Source: Mytilus trossulus (lineage: Eukaryota). Taken from it: DNA of 64,000 nt. Both the position numbers and the translations under genes were made by a program. Below the pieces are notes generated by a model that was given only the letters and a program-made list of their open reading frames with translations, was not told where the DNA came from and made no database searches. Shown piece after piece: positions 1 to 13,281 of this stretch. Numbering within the stretch: the stretch's first letter is position 1; each line of letters starts with the position of its first letter. Location of the stretch: assembly GCF_036588685.1 (NCBI RefSeq), contig NC_086373.1, positions 41,292,001 through 41,356,000 of the forward strand. The letters are read 5' to 3'.

Positions 1-298
1 CTTTATATAAGAAGTGATGAATGGTATTTCTTAAAAAAAAGTTTCATTAGAAATTTTTCAACCCCGGAACGATTTTAGACTTCTTCGGTTTGTGACAGTA
101 CCATGAGTATTTTGACCTCGTTATGTCTTTTTGTGTTTCCATTGACGTATATCTCACACCAATCTTATCCATATATCCCAAACTCTGATTCAAAATCCTT
201 CTGCTTTTTATTACACATACCTGACATTATTATTATTATAAACTGTTCATTTTAAACAATATTTGTTTTACTTGATTATATTAAAAGATAAAACTTAC

Positions 299-3200
299 CG
301 ATTCCAAAGGGAACATTCGTATAGTTAAAAACACCATCGTCTACGGCAAATACAAAATTTCCGTCTTGATCAGGACTATTTGCACCAGTCCATATGTAGT
401 TCACTAAAAGGAATTGACTTATAATTAATATCATTGGATTCATAATCACATTCAGTTAGCAAATACTGTCTTAGACGTGCCCAAAAACTTATCCCACATA
501 GTTATATGAAAGACAACTGAAACTTAAATAAGCACACAATTCACTGTCCTCACAAGCTGACCTTGGTGATACGTCTGTATCTCAACTCACTAACCACATG
601 CTTTCACATTCTCAGATCTTTTAATAGCGTAAAAGTCGTTTCATCTGTAATGTTTCCAATTTTGTCCTTTTCCCGATAATAAAATTTTGTCTGAATTTCG
701 TCAGGATGTATTACAGGAGACGCTTATCCTGTCGACGCAATCGGTATCACTCGGTATCACTCGGTATCACTCCCTTTGGAGCTCATGCGACTCCCTCAGT
801 TTGTTTCCTCGATTTTTCCACTTGTCTTCGGTTTGTGCATAAAACGCATTGATTCGTAAATATAAAAAACGAAGATGTGGTATGATTACCAATGAGACAA
901 CTCTCCACAAGACACCAAAATGACACAGAAACTAATAACTGTAGGTCACTGTACGGCCTTCAACAATTAACAAAGCCCATGCTGCATAGTCAGCTATAAC
1001 AGGCCCGAAATGACATTGTAAAACAATTCAAACGAAAAAAACCAACCACATAATTTATGCACAAAAGCTACGAAAAACAAATATGCAACACATGAACAAA
1101 CGACAACTACGGAATTTTAGGTTTCTGACTTGGGACAGTCACATACAAAAATAATATGTCGGGGTAAAACTTTTTTACCGGATCCCCTAACCTGGGAGAG
1201 TGGCGTAACAGTACAAAATAAGAACAAACTAAAAAAAAGGCTGAACTCATCAGATGGATAAAAACAAAAATACTACATATACAAGTGAACGTGGCCGGAT
1301 ACCTATACAGAAATAGAAGGTACAGCTCTGAGAGTACTCGAAGTGACTGACAGCTGGTTCAAAGCGACAAACAACTTATAAAAAAATCATGCATCTAAGA
1401 ATAATTATCAATCAGTACACTACCAACATCGAATGGTTTTGTGTGAAGACGTCATAAACAGTAAGAGATTAACATGACATTGTGCAATGCCAAGATACAG
1501 GTATCGACAGATATCCATGAATGTGTATATGTATATAACATTAATATTTAGTTTGCTTTTTAATTTACTAATTTCAATATCAATATTTATACCAATAAAA
1601 ACAAAATTCAGTGATCTAATAACAGTGTTGAATTGGTAACTAAGAATAAGTTGATTTAAAGGATCGATAAGTTTATCAGGATTGTTTCTTAATTTTCGGG
1701 CACGTTAAACAACATTTCCGTAAAATAAAGGAGGTGCTATATCGTTTGAAATAAGTTTTGTACAGGAACAACTAAACTTCAAAACCAAATCTTTATATCT
1801 ATTCATATTTTATTTGTAACTTATGCTGGGACAACACAATCCCTATCTGTTGTTTTTTGCACATTTCAAACACATTTTAAGACGAAAAATTATGAAGTCG
1901 GAATAACTTGATCGCTCAATCTGTTGTGCTATAGAATGACAGTAAAATCAAGAATTACAAAACCTATGTGTTTAGATACATGTCGTTCAACTGATTGATG
2001 TTAAAAAGTGAGTACTTTTCCATAATTTCTAAGAGCTGTGGTTATTTATTACAATGATAAAAAAAAATTAGTTACTTAATAATAACTTACAGCATTTGAA
2101 CTGATCAAAGGCAGCCTTAGCTTCTGCTTCACTATTTGGTCTCCATAAATAAGCTCCTGGTGTCATGCTACATATCGACTAAAATTTAAAAACAGTCTAA
2201 GTATAAGATAAAAAAAGATAATACAACAAATCATACGTGTTTTACACCGGGGAAGCACAGTAATAATAACTTATTAAGCTTTTAACTCATCGGTACTGCA
2301 ACTGAATATTACTAGCGATTTTTGTCAGGTTATCTCAAATTCTGTGGATTCAATTATTTTCGTAGATATTTAATTATGTGGCTTTGTGAACAAATATATA
2401 TTTGATCTCATGGTTTCGACAAAGTCTGACTACAAGCCTATGTGAATGTTCAGTCTTTAAATTAGAGCTTATGATATACCCATAAAACTCTATGAATAAT
2501 AATGAATCATCAATTTTAACATTGAAGTGATAATGCATACACTTTTGGTTACTTTTCAATGTATACACTATGAATGTGTTTTTAAATAGAACCAGATGTA
2601 CATGGATTAGTTTTTCATGCATTTCCATCTCTATCAAATAATACTCGAAATATGTTTGATAATTCGATCTTAGCCGATACGTTCCTTAACGATGATTGTT
2701 TTCATGGTATCACTAAGCATGCGCCTCAAATTGATACCTGTTTTTTTGCCAAAAAAATATCATGTTTAGGAGATATTGTTGAAAGTGGTGTTGAACACCT
2801 ACATCAATCAATCAACAATAAATAGAGGTGATTGAGTTAAATATTTTAAATATAATGCTATTATTCTTCGTTCTTCCATCCACATACCATAAAAAATATA
2901 TGTTAATTAATTGAAATAAAATGTGAAGCACTTTGATTGATAAAAAAACCAATGGTAGACAGGAAAAACGAGAGATCCGTTTGCATAATTTCTCAGATGT
3001 GTGCTTTCATATGTCATTACAACCATACAAAATCAACAATACCTGAATAAGAGGAAATTGAATCTCATACAACATAAAACATACTCACCAAAGCACTAGC
3101 CCATGCTTCGTAAAGGTGATCCGGTTTAGCGTGAACGTAGCAATTACGACTAGCAGTTTGGTTATCTAACTCCACATATCCTTCAGGACAGGGAACACAG

Positions 3201-6200
3201 GATACTATTTATATAACACAATAAGAGTTAAATGTTAAAAAAATAGATACAACATTGAATTGACTGATCACATCAACAAATATTATTAGGTTAAATGTAC
3301 AACATTGGCAGGATGAAAATGTAATGTATACCTGTATCGTGAAGGAAACAAAAGTTCTAAGGTGTATATTTGTATTGCATAAGCCACATTCATGTATAAA
3401 GTAACAACAACAAAAGAATGACGTTACAATGAAAGTTCCTTACCGACGTCCGGAGGACGTCACGCTAAAGTTCGTGGGTTTCTCAACATTCTCCGGGGCC
3501 GCAGAAAGTGTCTCAAATATACTGAATGAACTTTTACGAATAAATGAAATGAAATATTTCTTTTAAAATTAATGTCTGATATAAATTAAATAATTTAAAT
3601 TTACTGTCTGCTATAAAGGTTTTAAGTTGCTTCCTTGAAGATATCCAGTGTAAACTAATTTGACTGTCGCTCCATAGTACACACTTTTTAACGTTCCGTA
3701 AACTTGACATTATATGTGAAGTTATCCGTCCTCCGACTAATGCTGCCATAAGTTCAAGTTGTGGTATTGTTAACTTTTTCAAAGGTGCCACGTCTCGAAA
3801 ATTCAATCTCTGTGCATTTTTTCAAGTCTTGATCGATAGAATGCCACTGCGGTCTAATTTCATCAGGTATTTGTTCGTCCCACCCTAGTTTCTGTGTCCA
3901 TAAATCCTGCAATAGTATCTTGCTACGCACTGTAACTGGGCTTAGAATTCAAAGTGGGTCGTAGATTTTTGACGATCTTCTTAGTATTTCTCGTTTCGTG
4001 ATTTGATTTTCTGGTAGCATAGACTAACACGGTCATCTTTGGGTTTTAAAGCGGTAAGTAATCAACTTTGATGTAGGGTCTGTTGAGTCCTTTAGCCAGA
4101 AAAATCTCGTCATATCTCTGTCTTTCTCGTCTAGCGTGATTTGAAGAAACGCCTTCTCTATATCGGTAACACCAGCATATCTATTCTCTCTAAATCGCAT
4201 CAAAAGTGTTGATATGTCATTTAAGATCGGGGGTTCTTTGCGCAAACAATCATTCAGACTGGGCGTGTCTTGTGATCGACGACAGCTACAGTCATAAACA
4301 ATACGGATGGGTGTCGTAGCGGAATCTTTCTTGACTGAATGGTGAGGAATATAATGCGCATGTTCTGTGCTTGTTGTTGGGTTGTCTATGCGTTCAATAA
4401 ATCCTCTCTTTTCCTGGTCGTTTATAATCTCACCATATTTTCTAAGTAAAAACGGATCGTTGCTGAGTCTTCGTACTACATTTTCTGTTCTTCGTCTAGC
4501 TATGTCGATGTTGGACGGAAGTGGTTTATGTTCGTCTTTCCATGGAAGTTTTGCTGTGTATTTACAAGTATTGGCATCGTACGATATATTTGTAGATATG
4601 AAGTTTTCCAAATATTCTGCGTTTGATTTTTCCTTATTCTGAGGCGTTATTCCTAATGACTCGATTTTCCAGAAGTTTTCTAAATCATATTCCTCTTCTT
4701 TGTGTCTAATTAAAATGTTCATCATTGAAGTAGTTCCTTCTGTTGATTTCTGTGTCGGGCCAGAAAGCAAATACCCTATTCTTGACTTGACTGCAATTGG
4801 ACCGTTGCCTCGTATTATCTTATCTTCAATGAAATCCCAATAATGGTCAGCGCCTATCTATAAATTTACGGAGAACACGTCATGTCCTGAAAGCGGGTGT
4901 GCCAGTATTAATCCGCGCAAGTATGGTAAGTTAGTTGTCTCGGTAGTATGTATCCGTATCGGTGAAGCTATTTCAGGAACAATGAGTATATTCAGCTGTA
5001 TGCGGCTTCCGTCTTCCGTGAGTACAAATATGTCAGCGGTTTTCAAATGGCGTACTGATCCGTTACCTCCTCCAAATCCAGAAATTGATATGGCTTCTGT
5101 TCCGTTTTGTTTTAGTTCTAGTTGCTCCGCTAGACTTTCTGTAATAAATGAGCGCTGAGCCCCTTCGTCGAATAGTATGTTTGCATCCATACTGACTTGC
5201 GCGTTTGAGTGCACCGTAGCTATCGCGGTCTTGAGAAGTACTTGTGAATATGTAGTACAGTGCATTGCTGATGCGGATTCGGCTAAATCTTGCTTATCTG
5301 ATGAAGCGGGTTTATTATCTTTATTGTTATGATTCGAAATACTGTTGCTAGAAAACGAAGACTGACTCTTATTTAAACAAATACTGGTATGATGTTTTCG
5401 TCCACATTGTTTACAAGTTCCTTTAGAGTTACAATCTGTAACTCGGTGGTTGCCAAGACAATTAAAACAAGCTTTCTTTTGTTTAAGGATTTCTAGACGG
5501 TCTTTTTGGTCAACAATTTTCATACATGTATTAGGGCTATGAGACTCACCACAATAAATACATGGTTTCCGCGTGTGAACGGCTACCTCACTTTTCTGTG
5601 GCTTTCTGTTATTGTTATTGTAGTTATTTTTTGTGTCAGTTTTTGCAAGGTATACTGTGCTATGCAATGTTTCATCTGATTCTAAATTAACTCTTTGTCC
5701 GGCTTCTAATATACTTATCTCATTAAATAAGTGTTGTCTGAGTTCATCAAGCGACCACTGTTTTAAACCATGTTCACGGGTAATATTCTCCTTAATTCTA
5801 CTTGGTAATTTGTTGACCATAATAGGTATAAGAAATGCACCATATGATTCCTGACTTTGACCTAGTGATTCTAGTCCTCTTATGAGCGTTTCTTATTTGT
5901 CATAAAATCTGCGGCATGATTGTACTGTACTTTCGGGTGCGGGTAGAGCTAACAAAGTCTGCATGTACGTGTGCGTGATTTTTTGAGTCTGTCCAAATCG
6001 CTGGTGTAATAAATCTATTGCTTTACTGTAGTTTAAATTTATAAGCGTAAAACCCGAAACTGTAGTCAAAGCCTCGTTTTGAAGTAGTGTTTTCAAATAG
6101 TTGAATTTCTGGGCGTCTGTTAATGAGGGATTACTATGCATTGCTGTGTCGTAAGATTCCCAGAATGCTTGCCAATTAAGAATGTTGCCGTCGAATTTAG

Positions 6201-9039
6201 AAAGTTCTAACTTTGGGAATTTGTGAAATTGAGAAAGTTGCTGTTTGACATATGAGGAGCATACATGAATTGTGAATTGAACGATGCTGTTTGGTTTCTA
6301 TTGACATCAAAACTCTGAGCTAAGGGGTTAAGTGAACTATCTGTTACTGGGAGTGAATAGCTACGGGTGGTTGGTTCTAGAAATTTACGCATTTTGCGTA
6401 TTTTTGTCTCTAAAGTTATAGAATACTCATCTGAATCAGAAATTTCCACTTCAAGTTCCTCTTCCGATAATTCACTAATAATTTGATTGTTCAAGTCTTT
6501 GCTCATCAATGATCAAATCCAAAATGGTTGAAACTTCGTCTCTGTCAAATTCTTCTTTAGATGTCACATCGTCAAATCTCCACAAAAGCCTTGTGAGAGC
6601 GCTCCTGTGTCCCGAACGTGTTCCTTTTAACTTTGTTGACATTTTCCAGCAGTCACGGCACCATAATATCGTGAAGGAAACAAAAGTTCTAAGGTGTATG
6701 TTTGTATTGCATAAGCCCCATTCATGTATAAAGTAACAACAACAAAAGAATGACGTTACAATGAAAGTTCCTTACCGACGTCCGGAGGACGTCACGCTAA
6801 AGTTCGTGGGTTTCTCAACAACCTTTCTTGGAGAAGAGTACTATTTCGTCAAATTAATTCCATGGTATTTTGACGACATACACACAGTGATAAACCTATA
6901 TAGAATGGTTGTACTGTATAATGCAGCCGTTAACAACTAAATAGGGTAAATAAAAATAAAAAGCAGTTACTCGCAAAATACTATGATTATTGTTATGAGG
7001 TGAGTACTATGCATACCTTATTTGTATCAGCATTATAGATATATATATATAAAGTAAAACATATATTTTCAGACTTAAGTTATAAAAATGATATGACTTA
7101 AGTTTAGATATCTAAGTTTTTATACACGGGTAGTGATTTGGTCAAGCTAAAAATGGTTAAAATTTACCATTTTAGAAGCTGTCAACAGTTTTTAGATCCC
7201 CTTCACATAAAATGATTAAAGTGTCTATATTTTGAATTAGAACAGATGAAATTTTCCATTATTTTGATATAATTCATCCCGAAAGTACAACATACTGTAA
7301 ACATATTAATGAGGAAGAGCAGGTCGGCACTGGGCTCCAACCATGCGATTGTTCACGTAAACATATTAATGAGGAAGAGCAGGTCGGCACTGGGCTCCAA
7401 CCATGCGATTGGTCACGTAAACATATGTAACGCAGACAAAGTTGCAGAAAAGTAGCAAACAATAGGCTTGGTTGCTAAATAATTCCATTTATTTACTTTT
7501 TCCAGATCACATAAAACAAATTGTGACGTGTTTAAATTGTTATTGTCCAAATAAATAAACTCATTATAGATATCAGGACTAAATTTTGTATATACGCCAG
7601 ACGCGCGGTTCGTCTACAAAAGACTCATCAGTGACGCTTAAATCCAAATAAGTTAAAAAGGTCAAATAAAGTACGAAGTTAAAGAGCATTGAGCTAAAAA
7701 TTTTGCCAAATCCAAGTATACTAGTATTCATAAAGTAACGGGTATTGATCTATGAAACTTAACCGAAATAAACTTATTACAATTAAATTTTATTCTTCTG
7801 GTGTATCCTTTGTGATGACTCTAGTTAAATTCACAAACAAGCGTATACATTAGCCATGGCGTTGTCAGTTTGTTTTAGATTTACGAGTTTGACTGTCCCT
7901 TTGGTGTCTTTCGTCCCTCTTTTATCGGCATAGTTTTCCCATACAAATGTAAAAAAAACAAGTGTTTGATATCGCAATTGCTTGAGAACCTTGTGTTCTC
8001 ATAATATTTTGTTATATTTTTTTGTTATCATAATTTAATAAATTGTGTCAAATATGTACGTTTAATTTAAAGACAATAATATATTGCTTTTTATAATGTT
8101 CAATTTTATTTAAAACATGATTATTTATTCCAACACATGCCTATGTTTCATTTTTGAAATAGAAAGAACTATCGATCATGTTTACATTTACAACATGGTC
8201 CTCCATTACAACATTTTCCTTTTTCGATCCATCCTTCACCAAACGCATCATCACAAGTCAGACCTTTTCGTCCACACGTGCCATTTGAAGCCAGACAATT
8301 CCTAGTAAGTCCTAAAGAGTACAGTTCTTAAATATAATGTGATATAATGAGCTCCAATCTCTGCATTATACAATATTGTACTATGACGTGCTTCTTTCAC
8401 TTAGTGAATAAACCCATGCTCTAAATCCAATAAAATTTGTGTGCACATGCGTATATTGACTACTGCAGAATAATGAGTTTTACCAAATTGGCATGCATTT
8501 AATATATTTCATTAACTGAAAACACTTGAAACACTTAAATGATGCACATGTTGTTACGAATTCATTTATCATGACTGTAATGTGTTGCAATTCTAAATTG
8601 ACATATTTGACCTAGATACGACAACTGTTCAAGCTGGCTGTTCAAAACTCCCCCACTAAAAAATCACGTTGCCAGTCGTTTGCTTGTTTACGAATAAAAA
8701 AGGAAGGTGCACGGAAGAGCCTACACAAACACTATATACACTTAAACACATCGCAAATAGCAATTACCTCACTATCGCTCGGGCAAAATTAATCACGCTT
8801 ATAATGCCAACCCATTTTAAAACTAGGTAAAAACTTTCGTCTTATTCTCAATAGTGAACACGTAAAACAATAACATTTAAAGCAGACAAAATACAGTCAA
8901 AATAATTTGCTTTATTTCTTTAGTGAACACGGGGAGGACAGCACATACCTGTAATGATACATAACGAATACTTACTTCCGCCAGTAGAAACATGAATTAT
9001 GCAGAGGACGATTACAATCAAACAACAACATTTCATCAT
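299..9039 (-). CDS. Secreted defensin-like + C-type lectin domain protein, 3' end outside window. Coding exons (minus): 9039-8976, 8311(or 8326)-8186, 3204-3089, 2178-2091, 403-299
   Basis: Exons have AG/GT ends and compatible phases (1,1,0,1,1). Joined translation: MMKCCCLIVIVLCIIHVSTGG-R-LTRNCLASNGTCGRKGLTCDDAFGEGWIEKGKCCNGGPCCK-L-SCVPCPEGYVELDNQTASRNCYVHAKPDHLYEAWASAL-SICSMTPGAYLWRPNSEAEAKAAFDQFKC-L-NYIWTGANSPDQDGNFVFAVDDGVFNYTNVPFGI. CPxGY..CY..W..A...C...GAxL...E...W(T/I)G..D..G.F is the long-form C-type lectin pattern. The N-terminus is hydrophobic. Confidence 0.8.
865..1805 (-). mobile_element. 3' fragment of a Penelope-like (Naiad-type) retroelement, second family
   Basis: 1640-1805 (minus) translates as RYKDLVLKFSCSCTKLISNDIAPPLFYGNVV*RARKLRNNPDKLIDPLNQL, matching the C-terminus of the 31024-31803 ORF. 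A degenerate SECIS-like hairpin (~1400-1462) and an interspersed terminal repeat follow. Confidence 0.65.
3335..3488 (-). repeat. 3' LTR of BEL/Pao element 1
   Basis: Direct repeat of 6667-6820. On the minus strand it is preceded by the PPT-position sequence GCGGCCCCGGAGAA. Confidence 0.93.
3534..6642 (-). pseudogene. Disrupted BEL/Pao gag-pol (gag, aspartic protease, partial RT, partial RNase H)
   Basis: ATG at 6642 (MSTKLKGTRSGHR). ORF pieces 6207-6509, 5893-6141, 4858-5820, 4033-4770 and 3534-3806 are colinear with the polyprotein at 42257-47718. Confidence 0.88.
6667..6820 (-). repeat. 5' LTR of BEL/Pao element 1
   Basis: Direct repeat of 3335-3488, adjacent to the tRNA-His PBS. Confidence 0.93.
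7297..7426. repeat. 60-bp tandem duplication (2.2 copies)
   Basis: gtaaacatattaatgaggaagagcaggtcggcactgggctccaaccatgcgattg(t/g)tcac occurs at 7297 and 7357. Confidence 0.9.
7555..7710 (-). mobile_element. Hammerhead-ribozyme-containing interspersed repeat (retrozyme-like), degenerate
   Basis: Minus strand 7594-7637: gcgtca-CTGATGA-gtct tttgt agac-GAAC-cgcgcg-TC-tggcgt. This is a minimal type I hammerhead with GAAA changed to GAAC. Confidence 0.75.
8186..8311 (-). CDS. Exon encoding a beta-defensin/big-defensin-like Cys module (C-x6-C-x6-C-x13-CC-x4-CC)
   Basis: Acceptor tctttag| at 8312-8313, with an in-frame alternative at 8327-8328. The donor gtaaac at 8185 is weak, with an alternative 6 nt earlier. 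Phase 1/1 fits both neighbouring exons. Confidence 0.7.
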
Positions 9040-9769
9040 GATACTGTAATACTAAAACGAAAATTTGCAAACATTGATTTTATATTCAAGGTTATTCAGA
9101 GGGGAATCGTCAATCAGTAGCATGTGCTTTTGTACTTGAATGCATTAAATGATAAATTTTGACTATTAGCTTCAGGGTCCTAAAATATGCTAATTCCTAA
9201 GTTCGAAGTAACCATAAACAGCCGAACAGACGGGTTTGATTTTTCAATAAGACAGCTTATGCTTGAGGATAGAGTTAATTCAGAATATGCACAGTGTTCC
9301 GGGATGCCCAGACCAGTGCTTTATGTTGTTGCTGAAATGTGAATTCGACTTTCATTCACCTTAATATTACTCATTGCAAAAACAAATTCATTGCAATATC
9401 TTTTTTTTTCCTGTCCGCTTTGTTAGAAGAAAATCAATTTCTGATGTAATTTTGTAGGATTTAAAAAAAAATCATTTTTCTTGCGTTCTCTACAATGTAC
9501 CTACTTTTGTTCATGTCTGTCAATCATGGAGTATTCTATTCTTGTTTATATATTTGATATGAGTTAAAGAGTTCTTATGTGATTGACTTATTTTCATTTC
9601 GGATTCTTTTATAGCCGACTAAATGTATATATACGGTATTGATTTTTTTGTTATTTCAGGCCATTTGGTTGTCTAGAATTGTATGTATCCACTTCATTGA
9701 TCTGGAGGATAGAATCATCAATCATACCACATCTCCTAATTTCAATATAGATAATAGTTAACAATCAAA

Positions 9770-11470
9770 ACATAGAAAACTAAAGAATAAGCAAGAAGAA
9801 CTCCACCAAAAACTGAGGGTGATCTCAGATGCTCCGGAAGGGTGCTCCACATGTGCCACCCGTCGTGTTGCTTATGTTATTACAATACCGGTAAATAGTC
9901 TAATTCGGTAGTTCACATTCATAAAAAGGGAAGGTGATTGTAGTTACGACGTACGAAAAATATCCGATACCATCTGTGAAACGGTTATTCCATAACGGTC
10001 AACCAACTCGTGATTGCGTCCGTAAAATAAAGGGAATGATGTCAACTTCACCATTTGGAACTCTTTGGTTTTATAGCTTTCTTGTGAGGAACAACCTTCT
10101 ATCAAGGAAATCTTGATAGTAAATGCAAGCACGGGATTATCGTTTCAATTAGGAGATGTATACTTCGTATGCAGGCGCTGCTGGAATGTTGTTACTTAGA
10201 ATTGAAAGTTCACAATTGGGAAGTTGAAATCATATCTTTTGTCGTAAATGTTTGTTTTCAATCGACCCTCATTATAAATTTCTAGATGGAAGTCAAGGAC
10301 GACTTTACTGTATCTGTTGTATTTTTTTTATCTCTAGTTCGATAGAACAGATGCGTTCAACATAGTCACCAAACTTCGAATTATTTACTGGATAACATCA
10401 TCTTTACAGTGGAAAGTAAAGTTAAAGGATATCCCTAACTTTTTATCTTTCTTCCTAAGCAGTTCCTGTATGAAATTAGCCTCCTAATAGTGAAGAAATA
10501 AGTCAGCAAGAAGAGAGAAACAATTGGTTGCTATCGGAATGCCGACAGTCCAATGTAAAAGACGTCCTCCAAACGTAACAAATATGTTGTCAATCAAGAA
10601 ATCAAGCATCTCGATAATTTCAGTTTCAGAGAAATAATAATTTTTGAATCAGAGTGATCCTTTACAAAGAAGAATGTATCCCTCCTTAAGACAAAGTACT
10701 TGCATCTACGTCGGTCTTTATTTTTATGAAAAAAAGCAATACCAACTCTTCAAATTTGTCCTTTAGTTTTGAATTGGTAAGGAAAGACAAATGTTTTAAT
10801 AATACTACAAGATGAAAGAGTCTTTTATTGTATGTACTTTAAAGATATCTTTGATTGTTTTTTAGTATATCTGATTAACCTCACCTCTCGAATGGGCAGT
10901 TTCACAATAATTTTGTAGCCCGGTTTCGAATGCTGATAAAACTGATGTTAATAATTTAAAAAAGGTTCGTGGAGCACTTTGAAGACCCAGCAGTATACCG
11001 TTGTTTGTAACGGTATATTGCCGGGTCTTCCAAGTGCTCCATCTGTTCGTTTATTATCTTAAATTGGTGCAGGACATTTTAAGAAAAAATGGTGGGTTAC
11101 ACCTGGTTTTGAGGCTAACCAAACCTCCTGCTTTTATAACAATGTTAAATATGATATTAAAATGAAAATATTAAATGACAGGACTACAATACAAATAAAT
11201 GGGAGAACATACAGGAGAGAGAAACACGCAAATAATAGCAATCAAAAAGTACCATGCCTTTATGTTTCCAAGTGAATTGTCAATATCTAATTCATTTATC
11301 AAGAAGTTAATGATTTGAGTTCTACACACAAAAATGTTGATGTTTATGGCTTTATCTGCACGGGACAACAACATATTTCTCATAGAGGTATGACAAGTGT
11401 TTTGCAACATTTGGGTTTTTAAAGATTGACGTAGCATGTGTATTTATAGAGAGAACAAAGAGTAAAGTTT
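9770..11470 (-). mobile_element. Degenerate Penelope-like (Naiad-type) RT fragments
   Basis: Minus-strand translations: ADKAININIFVCR...LINELDIDNSLGN (11260-11360), YKQRYTAGSSKCST (~10965-11012), FLIDNIFVTFGG..VGIPIATNCFSLLADLFLHY*E..FNFTFHCKDDV (10390-10620). All are homologous to the 29.5-31.8 kb RT. Confidence 0.8.
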
Positions 11471-13281
11471 TAAAAGGGGTAATGAATAAAGATTCGTTCA
11501 AATGCGATGAATACCTAACGGCTTTCATTAATATGGCAGCAACTCATTAATAGAGACATCATGCAGAGCAGGTTGTGTATAATAACGATGACCATGACTG
11601 CGTCTACGTCGAGGCGTAGAGTGAAAAATATTCATCACATTCACCGAGATACAAAACGGACTATATATAATACCAATAACAACAGTATAAACGAAGTATC
11701 AATAGTGTCAAACAACTTCAATTCATTGACAAACAACGTAAGCTGACAATTTCAAATCAGACGGTTTTTTTTTCTTAATAAACACTTACCTAAATGTGCA
11801 ATATCAGAACTAATAATAATAAGATAACTGTTTAAACGAAGTGGCTACTTAAATAGCACAGGCAATTCAAGTATTCAATCGAGGAATGCTGTAGGTGTAA
11901 CAAATCATTAGCGACATATGGTGTTAAGCTTTGTTCTATTTTACTGAATATGCAAACATTGTTTGGGCGTGCAACATCTTTCATCTTTAGTTACATTTTT
12001 GCACTTCTAAAATATATTTTACAACAGCCAATTATTACCTGTACATGTAGTCTTTTAAATAAGAAAAAAACAATAATAAATTCTATATTCTATATCTACA
12101 AAATATGAACACAATTGTAACCAATTTTACGTTTTCAGGGTTGTTTTAAAAGAAACCCGTTAAACCCTCTACATAATGTGATTGACTGAATGGTATTCAG
12201 CTCCACTTTCAGCATTATTTTGTTTTATCGTGCCTTTCAAATATCGTCATGCGGTATGGAAACTGATAGTCATAGTCAAATAATATTGGAGTCGAGCGTA
12301 GCTGGCACGTCCGGGATAGAGATAAAATCGTATGATTCAATGTTAAAAGCTGTTGATACAGTAGATTCAATACCTAGATCACTTGACAAACGGGGATTTC
12401 TACATTGTAAGATAAGATAAATCTAGGTAAATCCAAGTTATGATTTTCCATAAAACAATGCAATGGTATCTTTATTTCTATGATTGGTCTATTGATCTCT
12501 ATTGTGAAATCTTATATGTGTGATAAACTGGTATTTATGTAAAACTAACATTATACATTTTCAGATATCGACGGGGTTTCTTTCGTCCTTAGTCTTTGTT
12601 AGTGAGTTGTTTTAATTCATCCTATTGGTACACTGTCTGGGTGAAATTTGTATCAGTGGTATTTTATTGAGAATATATCTATATTTAACATACCATGTAT
12701 TTTGAAAGCTGAAATAAGCGACAACGAAATAAGAAAAAATATTACTTTATTTGATTATGCAATCGTCAAATGTCACACTTGTTATCATTCTTTAATTGTT
12801 TATGCTTGATAGTGTGTCTCTTATATTAATTATTAAATGTAGTAGATAACTCAATTTTTTCCGTTTTTGCGTTGATAGTATACGCTGACCGTACATTCAT
12901 AGAGATATGATGTATAGAAGTTGTGATAATGCTGTTACCATGTTTAACCATCGATTCAAATACGTTTACCTGTTATGAAAATAGTTTCAAGAAACTTTGA
13001 TCTTTTTTTTTCATCAATGCATGAATGTCATCAAAGTACTTCAAAGGTACTGACCAGTGATGCAATAACATATGATTTGTAACAACTTTGTTTTTCTTCT
13101 TTTATCAAATTGATTATATAAATTGTGTACTTCTTGATGTTGTACTTGATGTTGTAACATCTTTAATAATTTAAATGATAAACAATAGCAAACCTTCAAA
13201 TAAGTAGACGTTTTGGTTTATACAATTTTTAATACTCCTTATTGAAAAACATTGTGTGTCGATGATACAAGGTATAGAACA

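Larger units (their letters stand above)
3335..6820 (-). mobile_element. Internally deleted BEL/Pao LTR retrotransposon (3486 bp) in an intron of the lectin gene
   Basis: 154-bp LTRs at 3335-3488 and 6667-6820 (2 mismatches). Flanks ACCTG/ACCTT (5-bp TSD, 1 mismatch). PBS TGGTGCCGTGAC at 6652-6663. Fragments: gag with Cys-His knuckles, protease (LFDEGAQRSF), RT start (RIVYDCS, DIEKAF), Pao RNase H (TIPQLEL, WSDSQI). The RT core and integrase are missing. Confidence 0.93.

Noticed and set aside
11784-11860. Candidate non-coding first exon and promoter of the lectin gene (minus-strand tag|gtaagt with an upstream AT-rich box)
   Set aside because: Plausible, but supported only by a donor motif, which is not enough without transcripts.
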